Source: Eledone cirrhosa (lineage: Eukaryota). Taken from it: a DNA stretch of 64,000 nt. The stretch lies in the NCBI GenBank assembly GCA_964016885.1, contig OZ024741.1, forward strand, positions 267,282,001 to 267,346,000, read 5' to 3'. Both the position numbers and the translations under genes were made by a program. Under the pieces are notes generated by a model, which worked only from the letters and a program-made list of their open reading frames with translations, made no database searches and was not told the origin of the DNA. Of this stretch, positions 1-13,200 are shown one piece after another (position 1 is the stretch's first letter; every line of letters starts with the position of its first letter).

Positions 1-426
1 TATTTAGTCTGTCTATATATTTATTTATTTATTTGTTTGTTTGTTTATTTTATTTTGTCTTCTTTGTGCATGCGTTTGCGTGTGTGTATAGTGTTTTGTT
101 TGATGTGTGTTCGTGATTGGGTGATTGTGTATCGGTTAATGTATTCTATCTTTACTAGTGTGTGTTTATATGTGTTTGTTGTTATTGTGCTTGTGAATGT
201 ATGTATTTATTTATTTATCTATTTATTTATTTATTTATACTTCTCTTAGGTCAGTGTTGTTTGTTTGGGTGTTGTTGTTATTCCATTCATTCTTTCTGTT
301 TAGTCTTGGCCTTCTAAGTTCTATTTCACTGGCCTCTCTGATTTGCCTATCTGCTGGGTCATTTCTATGTTTAGATATTATTCTAATTTCTATGTTGTCT
401 ATGTTACCATCGTGTTGTTGTCTGGC

Positions 427-430
<4 letters not shown>
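1..430 (-). mobile_element. 3' fragment of a Penelope-like element (end of GIY-YIG endonuclease plus 3' UTR), same family as 26889-29995
   Basis: Minus-strand peptide HARQQHDGNIDNIEIRIISKHRNDPADRQIREASEIELRRPRLNRKNEW is almost identical to the C-terminus of ORF 27408..28832. It is truncated at (TA)n at 430. Confidence 0.85.
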
Positions 431-498
<68 letters not shown>

Positions 499-578
499 AT
501 AAATTAACGGAGGCATAGGCCGTCGTTATTCCCTGTAAATAATGTGCTCAAAGGGGAAGAGATCCTGAGCCCTTTAAA

Positions 579-1073
579 ATATAATATGTTGAGAAGGTAA
601 CACACCAGAGAGAGATATATAGTGCGTTATCAATAATACAGGGAAAAAACCACCAGTGTATGGAATCTATAACCTATGAAAGGCAGACTATAGACACGAT
701 AATTAAAAATATAAATTAAAGCGTAAATAAATACCTTTATAACTATATAACACACGTACAAATCCAAAGATATGTTTCACCAAAAAATTTGTTGAAAGAA
801 ATGGTCTAGTCTCGGTTCATCAGCGTGTGTAAGGCCATACATTTCAGACAACACTATTTTCAGACAACAAAAATTTTTTGGTGAAACATATCTTTGGATT
901 TGTACGTGTGTTATATAGTTATAAAGGTATTTATTTACGCTTTAATTTATATTTTTAATTATCGTGTCTATAGTCTGCCTTTCATAGGTTATAGATTCCA
1001 TACACTGGTGGTTTTTTCCCTGTATTATTGATAACGCACTATATATCTCTCTCTGGTGTGTTACCTTCTCAAC

Positions 1074-1080
<7 letters not shown>
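579..1080. repeat. Near-perfect fold-back inverted repeat (arms 579-794 and 865-1080), pLTR/retrozyme-like
   Basis: The arms are reverse complements over about 215 bp. The element sits between two (TA)n tracts and contains an HHR. Confidence 0.9.
750..830 (-). ncRNA. Type I hammerhead ribozyme
   Basis: Minus strand: stem I ACACACG/CGUGUGU, CUGAUGA, stem II ACCGA..UUGGU, GAAAC, stem III, cleavage triplet GUA. Confidence 0.8.
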
Positions 1081-1114
<34 letters not shown>

Positions 1115-1117
<3 letters not shown>

Positions 1118-2080
1118 GATAAATCTACCAAAAGTTTACGGTAGTGTCCAATCCGTATGAAGAACTCAATGTAATCTGGATATCATGAAAAGAGAAGATG
1201 CATTCAAAAACTACTTTCGGTGAAAAATAAACGGAAAACAGAGTCAAGATAAATTAATAAAATAATGAATAAACAAAGAAACAGTTCCTTATACTAAAAA
1301 AAATTCATCATTTTACGATCGTTTCTAGGATATATATGTGTTATAGTTGGTATGCATATTCTATAGATCTATGTACAATATTTATACAAACTATCAGAGG
1401 GAATATACATACCTACACATATATATGCTGTCTTCAGAAATAATGATATTTGTTTATTGAAAAAAAACAAAGATTCAATACAATAGGTCTGTTTGGGAAC
1501 AGGTTTTGAATTGACCAATAGAGAGATAGTGAGGGTCAAGATAGTAATATAGTAGTAGAAGAACCTTAAATTATGGGTAGAGGAAGGTAGATTTCAGTTT
1601 TGGATGGAAAAGAATATTATGAATGAAGGATTATTTTAGGGAAGAAATAGGTCTTATGCTGACCTCAGAAATAATTTTATTTGTTCATTGAATAAAACCA
1701 ACAAAGATCTAATATATTCTGTCTGTTTGGTAAGAGGTTTAGAATTAACCAATAGAAAGTTAATAATTGGCCAAATGGTAAAATAGTAGTAATTGAAGCT
1801 TATTTTAGGGGTGAAAATAGGTCAGGTGGTCAGTAAAAGGTATACAAGCAGTTGCTGTTATAAAATAGTAATGCCAATACAAATATCTAAGGTGACTAAA
1901 GTTTTACGATAAGAATGTTAGTGAAAAAAATACATCTATGAAAAGAATATAAATTAATTTAATTGATTGGTATATTTATATTGATAAAATTACACTAATA
2001 CATATAGATATGATAAATAAAAGTTAGATGCAGTTGAAAAGTGTTGTTAAAGATGAGGGGAAATTAAAAGAATATAAAAA
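1115..2080 (-). mobile_element. 3'-terminal (pLTR) fragment of the Naiad-like PLE family
   Basis: 1115-1520 is homologous to 48045-48460 and begins at the identical GTAGATAAATCTACCA terminus next to (TA)n. A diverged ~230-bp internal duplication is present (about 1430-1570 vs 1660-1800). The right boundary is approximate. Confidence 0.7.
1306..1445 (-). ncRNA. Hammerhead ribozyme with long stem II and palindromic minimal stem III
   Basis: CAUUAUUU-CUGAAGA-(~110-nt stem II)-GAAAC-GAUC-GUA-AAAUGAUG. Confidence 0.75.
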
Positions 2081-2132
2081 TAATATATATATATATATAC
2101 TTATATATATATATATTATTTTTATATTTTAT

Positions 2133-2385
2133 ATCGCATAGGACTGTCTGGCGGGTTTTCTACAGCTGGATGCCCTTCCTAGCACCAACCACATTTACAG
2201 TGTGGGGCTGGGAAGTTTTTACCGTGTTGCCTACATGGCCACATTACAACGTGGACTGTCTGGCGGGTTTTCTACAGTTGGATGCCCTTCCTAACACCAA
2301 CCACATTTACAGTGTGGGTCTGGGAGGTTTTGCGTCCGTGTTCCACGCTTGCATGGGTTTGGACGGGGGTTTTCCCACTTGAGGC

Positions 2386-2386
<1 letters not shown>
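2133..2386 (-). mobile_element. Rearranged RTE LINE 3' UTR fragments
   Basis: Segments match 18817-19020 but are duplicated and out of order. Confidence 0.8.
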
Positions 2387-3980
<1,594 letters not shown>

Positions 3981-4048
3981 GTGGGACTACCCCCGTCCAA
4001 ACCCATGCAAGCGTGGAACACGGACGTTAAACGTTGATGATGATGATG

Positions 4049-4050
<2 letters not shown>
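3981..4050 (+). mobile_element. Extremely 5'-truncated RTE LINE (last ~55 nt plus (GAT)n tail)
   Basis: Identical to 7853-7920, inserted in (TA)n. Confidence 0.9.
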
Positions 4051-4088
<38 letters not shown>

Positions 4089-4133
4089 CATATATATACA
4101 TATACATATATATATACATATATATATATATAT

Positions 4134-4541
4134 TATAGAAGTGGATGGATACCTCAACAGGTACAATGTACTTGTAGAAATATTCAAGTTGTTTATAATA
4201 CATGTGGTTCAATGGCACTAATTCGAGATACCAGAACAATATAAAAGTAGCAAAGCAAACGGTTATTAAACAATTTTCTAAATAAATTAAAAAATGATTA
4301 AATAATCACCTGTTCAGATGCTGTTACCGACGGTTTCATCATTCCGAAAGATTGGAAATCCAACGAATTTCCAATGGAAAGAAATGAATCTTCAGACAGC
4401 CCTATTTCCACGCTATAAGGTATAGCAAGTAAATATTATGCTCCCTGCCCAACGCATGCGGTCAAGCCGTTAAAGTGACACACACGTAAATCAGGTCGCT
4501 GATAAAAGCTGGATATTATAAACATGTCGAATTGCCACTAA

Positions 4542-4545
<4 letters not shown>
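4134..4545 (-). mobile_element. Retrozyme-like non-coding element, family A, copy 1
   Basis: Homologous to 46729-47136 in circularly permuted order. Flanked by (TA)n and contains an HHR. Confidence 0.75.
4320..4400 (-). ncRNA. Type I hammerhead ribozyme (family A)
   Basis: GCUGU-CUGAAGA-stem II (UCAUU..AAUGA with an inner UUGGAAAU/AUUUCCAA helix)-GAAAC-CGUCG-GUA-ACAGC. Confidence 0.85.
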
Positions 4546-4585
<40 letters not shown>

Positions 4586-4602
4586 GTATATATATATATA
4601 TG

Positions 4603-4633
<31 letters not shown>

Positions 4634-4634
4634 G

Positions 4635-7600
4635 TAGTCAAATTCACCTCGTGGACGAGAATGCGAGCACTCCTCTTTGTTTCGTCCGCGGATGGCTAAC
4701 ATAACCCTATCTCCTCCCGCCCCCCACCACCCCCACCCTCCAAACGCAACCCAAAACTTCAGAGTTGGTACCATAAATGTAGGCACCCTAAAGGGTCGCG
4801 CTAACGAGGTTGTAGAAATGCTTGAACGTAAGGAGGTCGATGTTTGTTGTATTCAAGAGACCAGGTGGAGGGGTGGGTCTGCTAGATTCATTGAGGGTAA
4901 AAAACGATGTTATAAGCTTTTCTGGGTGGGAAACGACGATGGGCTGGGTGGAGTAGGAATCATGGTAGCAGAAAAGTGGGCAGATAAGATAATAGACGTA
5001 AATAGAGTGAACGACAGAATAATTAAAATAAGACTTGTCCTCAATAGAACTACGGTGACAGTAATATCTGCGTACGCACCCCAATCCGGACTGCCCGGCA
5101 CTATAAAAGACAGATTCTATGAGACACTGTTGCTAACTACCTCCCAAATATCTGACAGTGACTATATAATTATTGCAGGCGACCTAAATGGTCACGTTGG
5201 ACAACATTGTGACGGCTACGACGAAATCCATGGAGGCTATGGGTTTGGTACTAGAAATGAGGAAGGCTCCAGAATCCTGGAATACTGTGATGCAAATAAC
5301 CTAACTATCTGTAACACTAACTTCAAAAAACGTGACAATCACCTGATTACCTATAGATCCGGGGAACACACAAGCCAGGTAGATTATATCCTTACCAGAA
5401 GACGTGACAGAGTGTCTGTTGTAAACACTAAATCCCTCCCCCATGAAGAATGCACCTCCCAACATAGACTGATAATTAGCGACCTCATAGTCAGGACGAG
5501 ACGTACCCGACAGCAGAAGAGGACTATCCTCAGGAGGAAAATATGGAAACTAAAGGACCCCACAGCCAGAAATAAATTTCAAAGCATATTACTTGATGCT
5601 TTCGACAGTAAGGAAGAGCATCTAGAATCGGACAATATAGAGGGACAGTGGGAATTTCTGAAAGCAAACCTGCTGTTGGCGACAGACGAAGTCTGTGGCT
5701 GGAGCAGGCCTGTAGGCAGGAGGAGAGTAACATGGTGGTGGAACAGTAGGGTGGAGGGGTCAATTAAGGCCAAAAAGCAGGCTTGGAAAGTATGGCGGGA
5801 TGGGGGAAGTAGAGTAGACTATCAAGTGGCCAGGAGGGAAGCTAGGAGAGAAGTGTACTTAGCAAGAAGGTGAAGCTGAGGAAAGAAAGTTCAAGCATGT
5901 TCTACAACGCGATGACCAAAAACGTGAGGTGTTCAGGATTGCCAGGCAATGCGTCAAGGAAAACCGTGATATTGTCGGGGAGAAGTGTGTACTTAACGAT
6001 GATGGCATACTTGCCATCACCGACACTGATAAGAAGGTAGCTTGGAAGTGTCACTATGAAAGGCTACTAAATGAGGAGAATAAATGGGAGAAAGACAGTC
6101 TCCCCCATATCGACCCGATAGAGGGACCAGCAGTGTTAGTCGAGGGGAGTATAATAAGTAAGGCAATCAAGGATATGAAGACTGGTAAGGCGGCTGGGCC
6201 TTCGGAAATAGTTGCTGAGATGCTGAAGGCATCTGGCACGGTGGGACACACCATGGTCACCCGCATAGTTAACCAAGTCGTACAGAATGGGGTTGTTCCG
6301 AAGGACTGGCATAGCAGCATCATCGTTAACTGTTATAAGGGTAAAGGAGACGCCCTAGATAGGAGTAACTATAGAGGCATTAAATTAATCGACCAGGTCA
6401 TGAAGGTCACGGAAAAAGTAATAGCGCAACTAATCAGAGAGAGAATTGATCTAGATGAAATGCAGTTCGGGTTTGTGTCAGGCAAAAGCACCACAGACGC
6501 TCTTTTCATAGTACGACAACTACAGGAGAAGTACCTAGCTAAAGGTAAACCCCTCTACTTAGCTTTTGTCGACCTGGAGAAAGGCTGCCCATGGGAACTC
6601 CTATACGCAGACGACCTGACACTCATAGCGGAATCAATGGCCGAGCTAGAGAAGAAATTCCAAACATGGAAGCACGGCCTAGAGTCAAAAGGACTTAAAA
6701 TTAACCTGGCTAAGACCAAAGTTCTAGTTTGTAGGAAAGAAAACAAGGCGGCGGTCCCTTCTGGGAAATGGTCGTGCTCGGTATGTAGGAAAGGCGTAGG
6801 TAGAAACTCCATCTTATGTCCTAAATGCAAAGTATGGGTGCATAAAAGATGTAGTGGGATCACAGGTAAGCTAACTAAGAACATAGACTTTACATGTGGC
6901 CGGTGTTCTGGTGCAATAAGTAGCAGCAAGTGCCCACAAAATACTAGCTCTTTCAATTGCGCAGAGGGTTCTATAGAAATAGTGGACAGCTTCCGTTACC
7001 TGGGCGATAAAATCAGCAGTGGGGGAGGGTGCTCTGAAAGTACTGTAGCTAGAGTCAGAACTGGTTGGAAAAAGTTCAGAGAGCTTATACCACTATTAGC
7101 TGCTAAAGGGTTCTCCCTAAAAATGAAAGGCAGGTTGTACGATGCCTGCATACGAACAGCAATGTTGCATGGTAGTGAGACCTGGGCATTGTGTGCAGAG
7201 GATATACGCAGACTAGAGAGGAACGAAGCTTGCATGCTCCGCTGGATGTGTAACAGTAATATACGTGAACGGCAAAGCATAAACAAACTAAGGAAAAAAT
7301 TAGAGATAAGAGGGATCAGATGTTGTTTACTCGAGAGAAGGCTGCGTTGGTATGGACACGTGATGCGCATGAAAGTCGATAGCTGTATTACAAAGTGCAG
7401 GGCAATAAAGATAGACGGTAGCCACGGAATAGGCAGACCTAGAAAAACATGGGATGAGCTGATAAACTCCGACCTCACACACTTACACCTCTCCAAGACA
7501 ATGTCACTGGACCGTGACCTTTGGCGGTACTCAGTAACAGAGAAGACCCGCCTTGCCAGTAGGCATCTCTAACAAACTACACCCCGTCCCGCCACCACCC

Positions 7601-7931
7601 CCACCCCATCCACACCACCCCGTTCTATGTAAAGTTATGTTGGTGCCGCGCCATCCAGGCCGAAACAAATGAGATCGTGTAGGTGTCACGACAAAAAAAC
7701 ACACAGTCCACGCTGTAATGTGGCCGTGTAGGCAACACGGTAAAAACCTCCCAGACCCACACTGTAAATGTGGTTGGTGTTAGGAAGGGCATCCAACTGT
7801 AGAAAACCTGCCAGACAGTCCTATGCGAGCAAGACAATCACTCTTGCCTCAAGTGGGACTACCCCCGTCCAAACCCATGCAAGCGTGGAACACGGACGTT
7901 AAACGTTGATGATGATGATGATGATGATGAT
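4635..7931 (+). mobile_element. Near full-length RTE-clade LINE, family 1 (defective)
   Basis: APE endonuclease (TINVGTL, CCIQETRW, GDLNGHVG, QVDYIL) plus RT (YRGIKL, QFGF, AFVDLEK, LYADD, FRYLG) and a (GAT)n tail. A +1 frameshift/stop lies at 5871 and there is an internal RT deletion near 6582. Confidence 0.95.
4692..7572 (+). pseudogene. RTE endonuclease-reverse transcriptase ORF, disrupted
   Basis: ORFs 4677..5873 and 5929..7572 are one frameshift apart. The segment between AFVDLEK and GCPWELLY that is present in the other copies is missing. Confidence 0.9.
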
Positions 7932-7966
7932 ATAGATATGTATATATATATATGTATATATATATG

Positions 7967-7999
<33 letters not shown>

Positions 8000-8361
8000 G
8001 TATATATATATATATGTATATATATATGTATATATATATATGTATATATATGTATCTTTATATATTTGTATATATATATATATGTATGTATATATTTGTA
8101 TATATATATATATATATGTATATATTTGTATATATATGTATGTATATATATGTATCTTTATATATTTGTATATATATATATGTATGTATATATTTGTATA
8201 TATATATATGTATGTATATATTTGTATATATATATATATGTATGTATATATATGTATATATATATATATGTATATATGAGAGACGTAAAATAAGAAAATT
8301 ATAACAATTAACTTACTTACTAAAATTTCACTCGAACTAATTAGTTTCTGAAAGGGAATAC

Positions 8362-8413
<52 letters not shown>

Positions 8414-8512
8414 GTCAATAGATGTACTAATTCTTTATATATGTATATATATATATAAATTAATAAAAATAATGAATAAAAACAAAGAAACAGTTCCTTA
8501 TATTAAAAAATT

Positions 8513-8647
8513 CATCATTTTACGATCGTTTCTAGGATATATATGTTTGTGTTGGTATGTATATCATATAGATCTATGTAAAGTTTTTACAAACTATCAG
8601 AAGGAATATACATACCTACACATATATATGCTGTCTTCAGAAATAAT
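8513..8647 (-). ncRNA. Hammerhead ribozyme in a solo Naiad-family pLTR fragment (8457-8647)
   Basis: Same fold as 1306-1445: CUGAAGA..GAAACGAUCGUA. Flanked by TA tracts. Confidence 0.7.
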
Positions 8648-9049
8648 ATATATATATATGTATCTTTATATATATGTATATATTTGTATATACAAATATT
8701 TACACATACACCAATTAAACAAAGTCACAGGTATATATGTGTTTTTGCAACTTTTCATGATGTGGCTCAATGGAGAATTATTTGATAATATATATACATC
8801 ATCTCTACTCCCAATTAGCATAATTAACTACACAAAAAATCAATTAGACCAGGCTATAAGAATAAAAGGCATCTATGAAGAAACAGTAAATAAATACTCC
8901 ATCGTGGCGTCTTCGCGGCCAACCGCTATAGAATATTTACCCAACATTTCAACAGCACGTGGAAATTAATTAAATACACGGTCAACCATACATAATTAGG
9001 TAAACATTAATGTTAGATATGCTTATATACATACCAGGATTAAATCACT

Positions 9050-9132
9050 AAATCCCGACCCTTTGGTTTCGCTCACTTTTGAGATACATTATTTAAGGTT
9101 CATACTCGAGTTTTAGAGCTCTTCAGGGTTAA
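9050..9132 (-). ncRNA. Hammerhead ribozyme of a separate family (element about 8700-9300)
   Basis: CUGAAGA-GCUC..GAGC-GAAAC-CAAAGG-GUC. Stem I is short and imperfect. Confidence 0.65.
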
Positions 9133-10188
9133 ACTCACTAGGACATATTATTTTCTGAAGTGGCTCCCGCCAAACACGAATTCAAAATGGTTGAGAACTG
9201 TGACGCGGCAGTGGTCAAGTCAGGAAGGGTGTGATTGGTTGCTTACGGCGAGTGGGTTGGTTGCTAGAAAGCGCAGCCCAATATCGCTCAAATTTTTATC
9301 TCAACCTTATGGGAGATTATTAAATACAAAGAGAGAAAGAAAGAGAGTAAGGGATGAGAGAGAGAGTGGGAGATGGGAGAGAGAGAGTAAGGGGATGTGA
9401 GAGAGAAAGAAAGAGTAAGGGGATGAGAGAGAAAGACGATGAAAGAGAGAGAGGGAAAGTAACCAGCATTCTTAACTTTATTTATTTATTACTTTTACGC
9501 ACTTTTTAATTCTCCCGCTTCCTTAACGTTATTTATCTTTTCTTTATTTTTTCGTTCTCTATTCCGTAGAGAGAGGGGGGGGGGAGATGTGAGAGAGAAA
9601 AAGAGAGAGAGAGTAATGGGATGGGAGAGAGAGAGGGAAAGTGGCTAGTGTTCATTAACTTTTATTTATTTATTATTTTTACACACCTCTTAACTCTCCC
9701 AATGTTATTTATCTTTTATTTATTTTTTGTTTGCTATTGTGTAGAAGATGAGAGAGAGAGAAAGAAAGAGAGGAGATGAGAAAGAGAAAGGGAGTGAGGC
9801 GGATGGGGAGAAAAAGACATAAAGAAAAGAGAAAAAAAGTAAAGAGGCAGGAGAGAGGGAGGGTGATTGGAGGGATTCTTTATCTAATAGGTGTCCGCGT
9901 TTATATATATATATTTACACACACGTGTGTGTTATGGGGGGGGGGGGTGTTCTTTAGCAGACGATATATGTTACCATCGAAGCTTATTTTCTACATATGT
10001 CTATGTCTATATATGGAGTGTTTGTCGTTTTTTGGGATAAAATCTGAAATCCCAATATTTTCTACATGTCTAAAATTAATTACACCTGATATACATTCAT
10101 ATAAAGAGATCATTTAAAACAACTTTACTGAGTGAACAATACATTCTATAGTTGTTTCTATTTCGGAAAGAGTGTGGTGTGTAATAAT

Positions 10189-10251
10189 TGTTTCTACTTT
10201 TGGCACAAGGCCAGCAATTATTCCAGTGCATTACTGGTACTTTATTTTATC
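10189..10251 (-). mobile_element. 5'-truncated tRNA-derived SINE
   Basis: 3' end of the SINE family, with a 17-bp TSD GTGTGGTGTGTAATAAT at 10172-10188 and 10252-10268. Confidence 0.85.
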
Positions 10252-10278
10252 GTGTGGTGTGTAATAATATCACTTCAA

Positions 10279-13200
10279 ATGCCTAGAAAACGTTCCAGAT
10301 CATTATATGGAAGGTCATCTTCAGAGGCTAAGAGAAAGAAAACACAGCGATCTGAAGAAAGTGAAGAAGTTCGGCATGTCCGTCTAGCTGCTAACAGAGC
10401 CCAAACAGCTTTAGCACGAGCACACCGTTTGGATGAAAGGGAACAAAGGACTGCTGCTACGTGAGAACAACAAATTAAGGAACAGCAGCAAATCAGACGA
10501 AATGCTAATCAAGCACATCGTTCTACTGCCCGAGCAGGAGAACAAGCCACAAGTAAAATGAACTGGCTGATGGGTGCTTTTTCTTATGACCCCCAAAAGG
10601 ACTACAGCCGTAATCCACAAATCAACATTGGGAAAATGAACAAAAGCTGCCAGTATTGTGGTGCCAAGAAGTGGGCAGCAGAAACACCAAGTCTATGCTG
10701 CTCAAAAGGCAAAGTGAGCCTTAAAACAATACAAGAACCTACTGAATTTCTGAAGAATCTGCTCCTTCAGCATACACCAGAAGCATGACACTTCAATAAA
10801 TACATCATAAAATATAATTCTGCCTTTCAAATGACATCTTTTGGGGCTGACAGGAATGTGACTGACTTTAGATTCTGTACAACTTAAAAAATTCAGGGAC
10901 AGTGTTACCACTTAATGGGTGGCCTTCTGCCACTTTCACAGGAGCCTCACAAATTTGTGCAGGTTTACTTCATGGGTGAAAATGAAATACAGGCACAACA
11001 AAGATGTACATGGTGGATTGCAGTTCTACATAGTCATAAAGTTACAAGAAATGCTTCAGCAACATCACATGTACGTCAGTGTATTTAAATATGCACTGGA
11101 GCATATGAACAACACCAGAGATCGTAAAATCATCATTAGCGCAGACAAACGCCCAGCTTCAGAACATGAACGCAGATTCAATGCACCTGTCACTGATGAA
11201 GTTGCAATCATAATTGTTTCTACTTTTGGCACAAGACCAGCAATTACCCAGTACACTACTGGTACTTTATTTTATCGACCCCGTAAGGATGAAAGGCAAA
11301 GTTAACCTCGACGGGATTTGAACTCAAACCGTAAAGGGACGTAACTATGCTAGAAAGCATGGCGTCCAACCCTCTACTGATACTGCCAATTCACCGCCCT
11401 CAAGTTGCAATCATAATGGTTGATGAACAGCATCAACGACGTGACATTGTTTTGAAAAAACGAAGTGGACATTTGGAGCGAATTTGTGAAACTCATAGAG
11501 CCAAAGATTCACTCCAATATCTGCTCATCTTTTGGAATGATCAAGATGGATATCATTTTCAGCTTCGGCTTATCAGCCCAGGAACGGGACAAGAAACTGG
11601 CCGATCAATCAGCTGCAAAGAATTCTATGCTTATCATTTCATAGTACGTGACCACTTCAACCAAGTTCTGCGATTCAAAGAAGTAACCAGCCAGTTCATG
11701 GTGGACATGTATGCCAAAATTGAAACAGAAAGATTGGGTTTTCTATGAAGGAATCAAACTAAGTTGAGGGCAGATAACTACATCCACCTTAGAGATGCCA
11801 TCAATTCTGATGTTGACCCAAGAAATATTGGCCAGCCAGTCATACTGCCATCAAGCTTCACGGTAGGACCACGTATGCAAAATGCAATGGCCTATGTCAG
11901 AAAATTTGGTCAGCCAGATTTCTTCATTACATTTACATGCAATTCAAACTGGTCAGGGATTTCCATGAAGAGCAAAAAAAAAACTCATCAGGCTCCTAAA
12001 AGAAGGAAGAATCTTTGGTGAACTTAGTACTTGGATGACCACTATTGAGTGGCAGAAGAGAGGTCTTCCTCACTCTCACACTCTAATCTGGTGCAAGGAG
12101 AAGATAAGACCATATGATTTTGATAAGATCATTTCAGCAGAGTTGCCTGATAAAGGTGGTGATCCAGAGCTCTTTGAAACCATCAAGTCCAAACCATTCA
12201 TGGTCCATGTGGAGTCATCAATCCAGCCTCTCCCTGCATGAAAGATCAAAAATGCAGCAAACATTATCCTAGAGCTTTTATTCGGGAAACTCAGACTGAC
12301 AATAATGGGTACCCCCTTTATCGTAGGCGTAGACCAGAACATGGAGGCAATACTGCAAGCCTAACAGTTCGACGAGAGGAGCTGACCATAAACAATCAAT
12401 GGGTCGTCTCACACAATAAATTGTTGTGTAAACTTTTAAAAGCTCATATCAGTGTTAAGTATTGCACCTCCGTCAAGGCAATACTATATGTCCAAAATAT
12501 ATCAACAAGGGCAGAGACATGGCTACCTTATTACTGACAAAGAACTCAATGATGGTGGGCTGGATGAGGTCAAACAGTATCAAACAGGTCGATACATCTC
12601 CAGCAATGAAGCTATCTGGTGAATCTTTGGATTTGATATCCATCAACGCCACCCAACAGTGGTCAACCTCGCAGTCCATCTGGAAAATGGACAGAGAGTG
12701 TACTTCACTGAGATCACTGCTCATCAGTTGGCACAAGCATCACATGACACTACACTAACTGCTTTCTTTAAACTCTGCCAGAATGATGAATTTGTTCGAT
12801 CCCTCCTATATGCTGAAGTCCCAACATACTACACCTGGACCAATTGCAAGACCTGGAATCGAAGAAAGCAGTGTCATTTAGTGGAAGGTCATGAAGTCAA
12901 GTCAAGTGATGCTATTGGGCATGTTTACAATGTCCATCCCAACAACAGAGAATGTTTTTATTTACGGCTACTTCTGCATACTGTTTGAGGACCAACGTCA
13001 TTTGAGGATCTTAGGTGCTTCAGAGGAAGGGAGTGCGCAACATACCAAGAAGCATGTAAACAGCATGGACTCCTGCATGACAATGGACACTGGAAGAAGT
13101 GCCTAGAAGAAGCAACAATCACTCAAGTAGCCAGTCAAATAAAACAATGATTTGCTATTATGCTCTCAGCATGTGGAATTGATGAAGCTCATCTACTCTG

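Noticed and set aside
9330-9860. Basic R/K/E-rich ORFs
   Set aside because: (GA)n low-complexity sequence with a local duplication and no splice or homology support.
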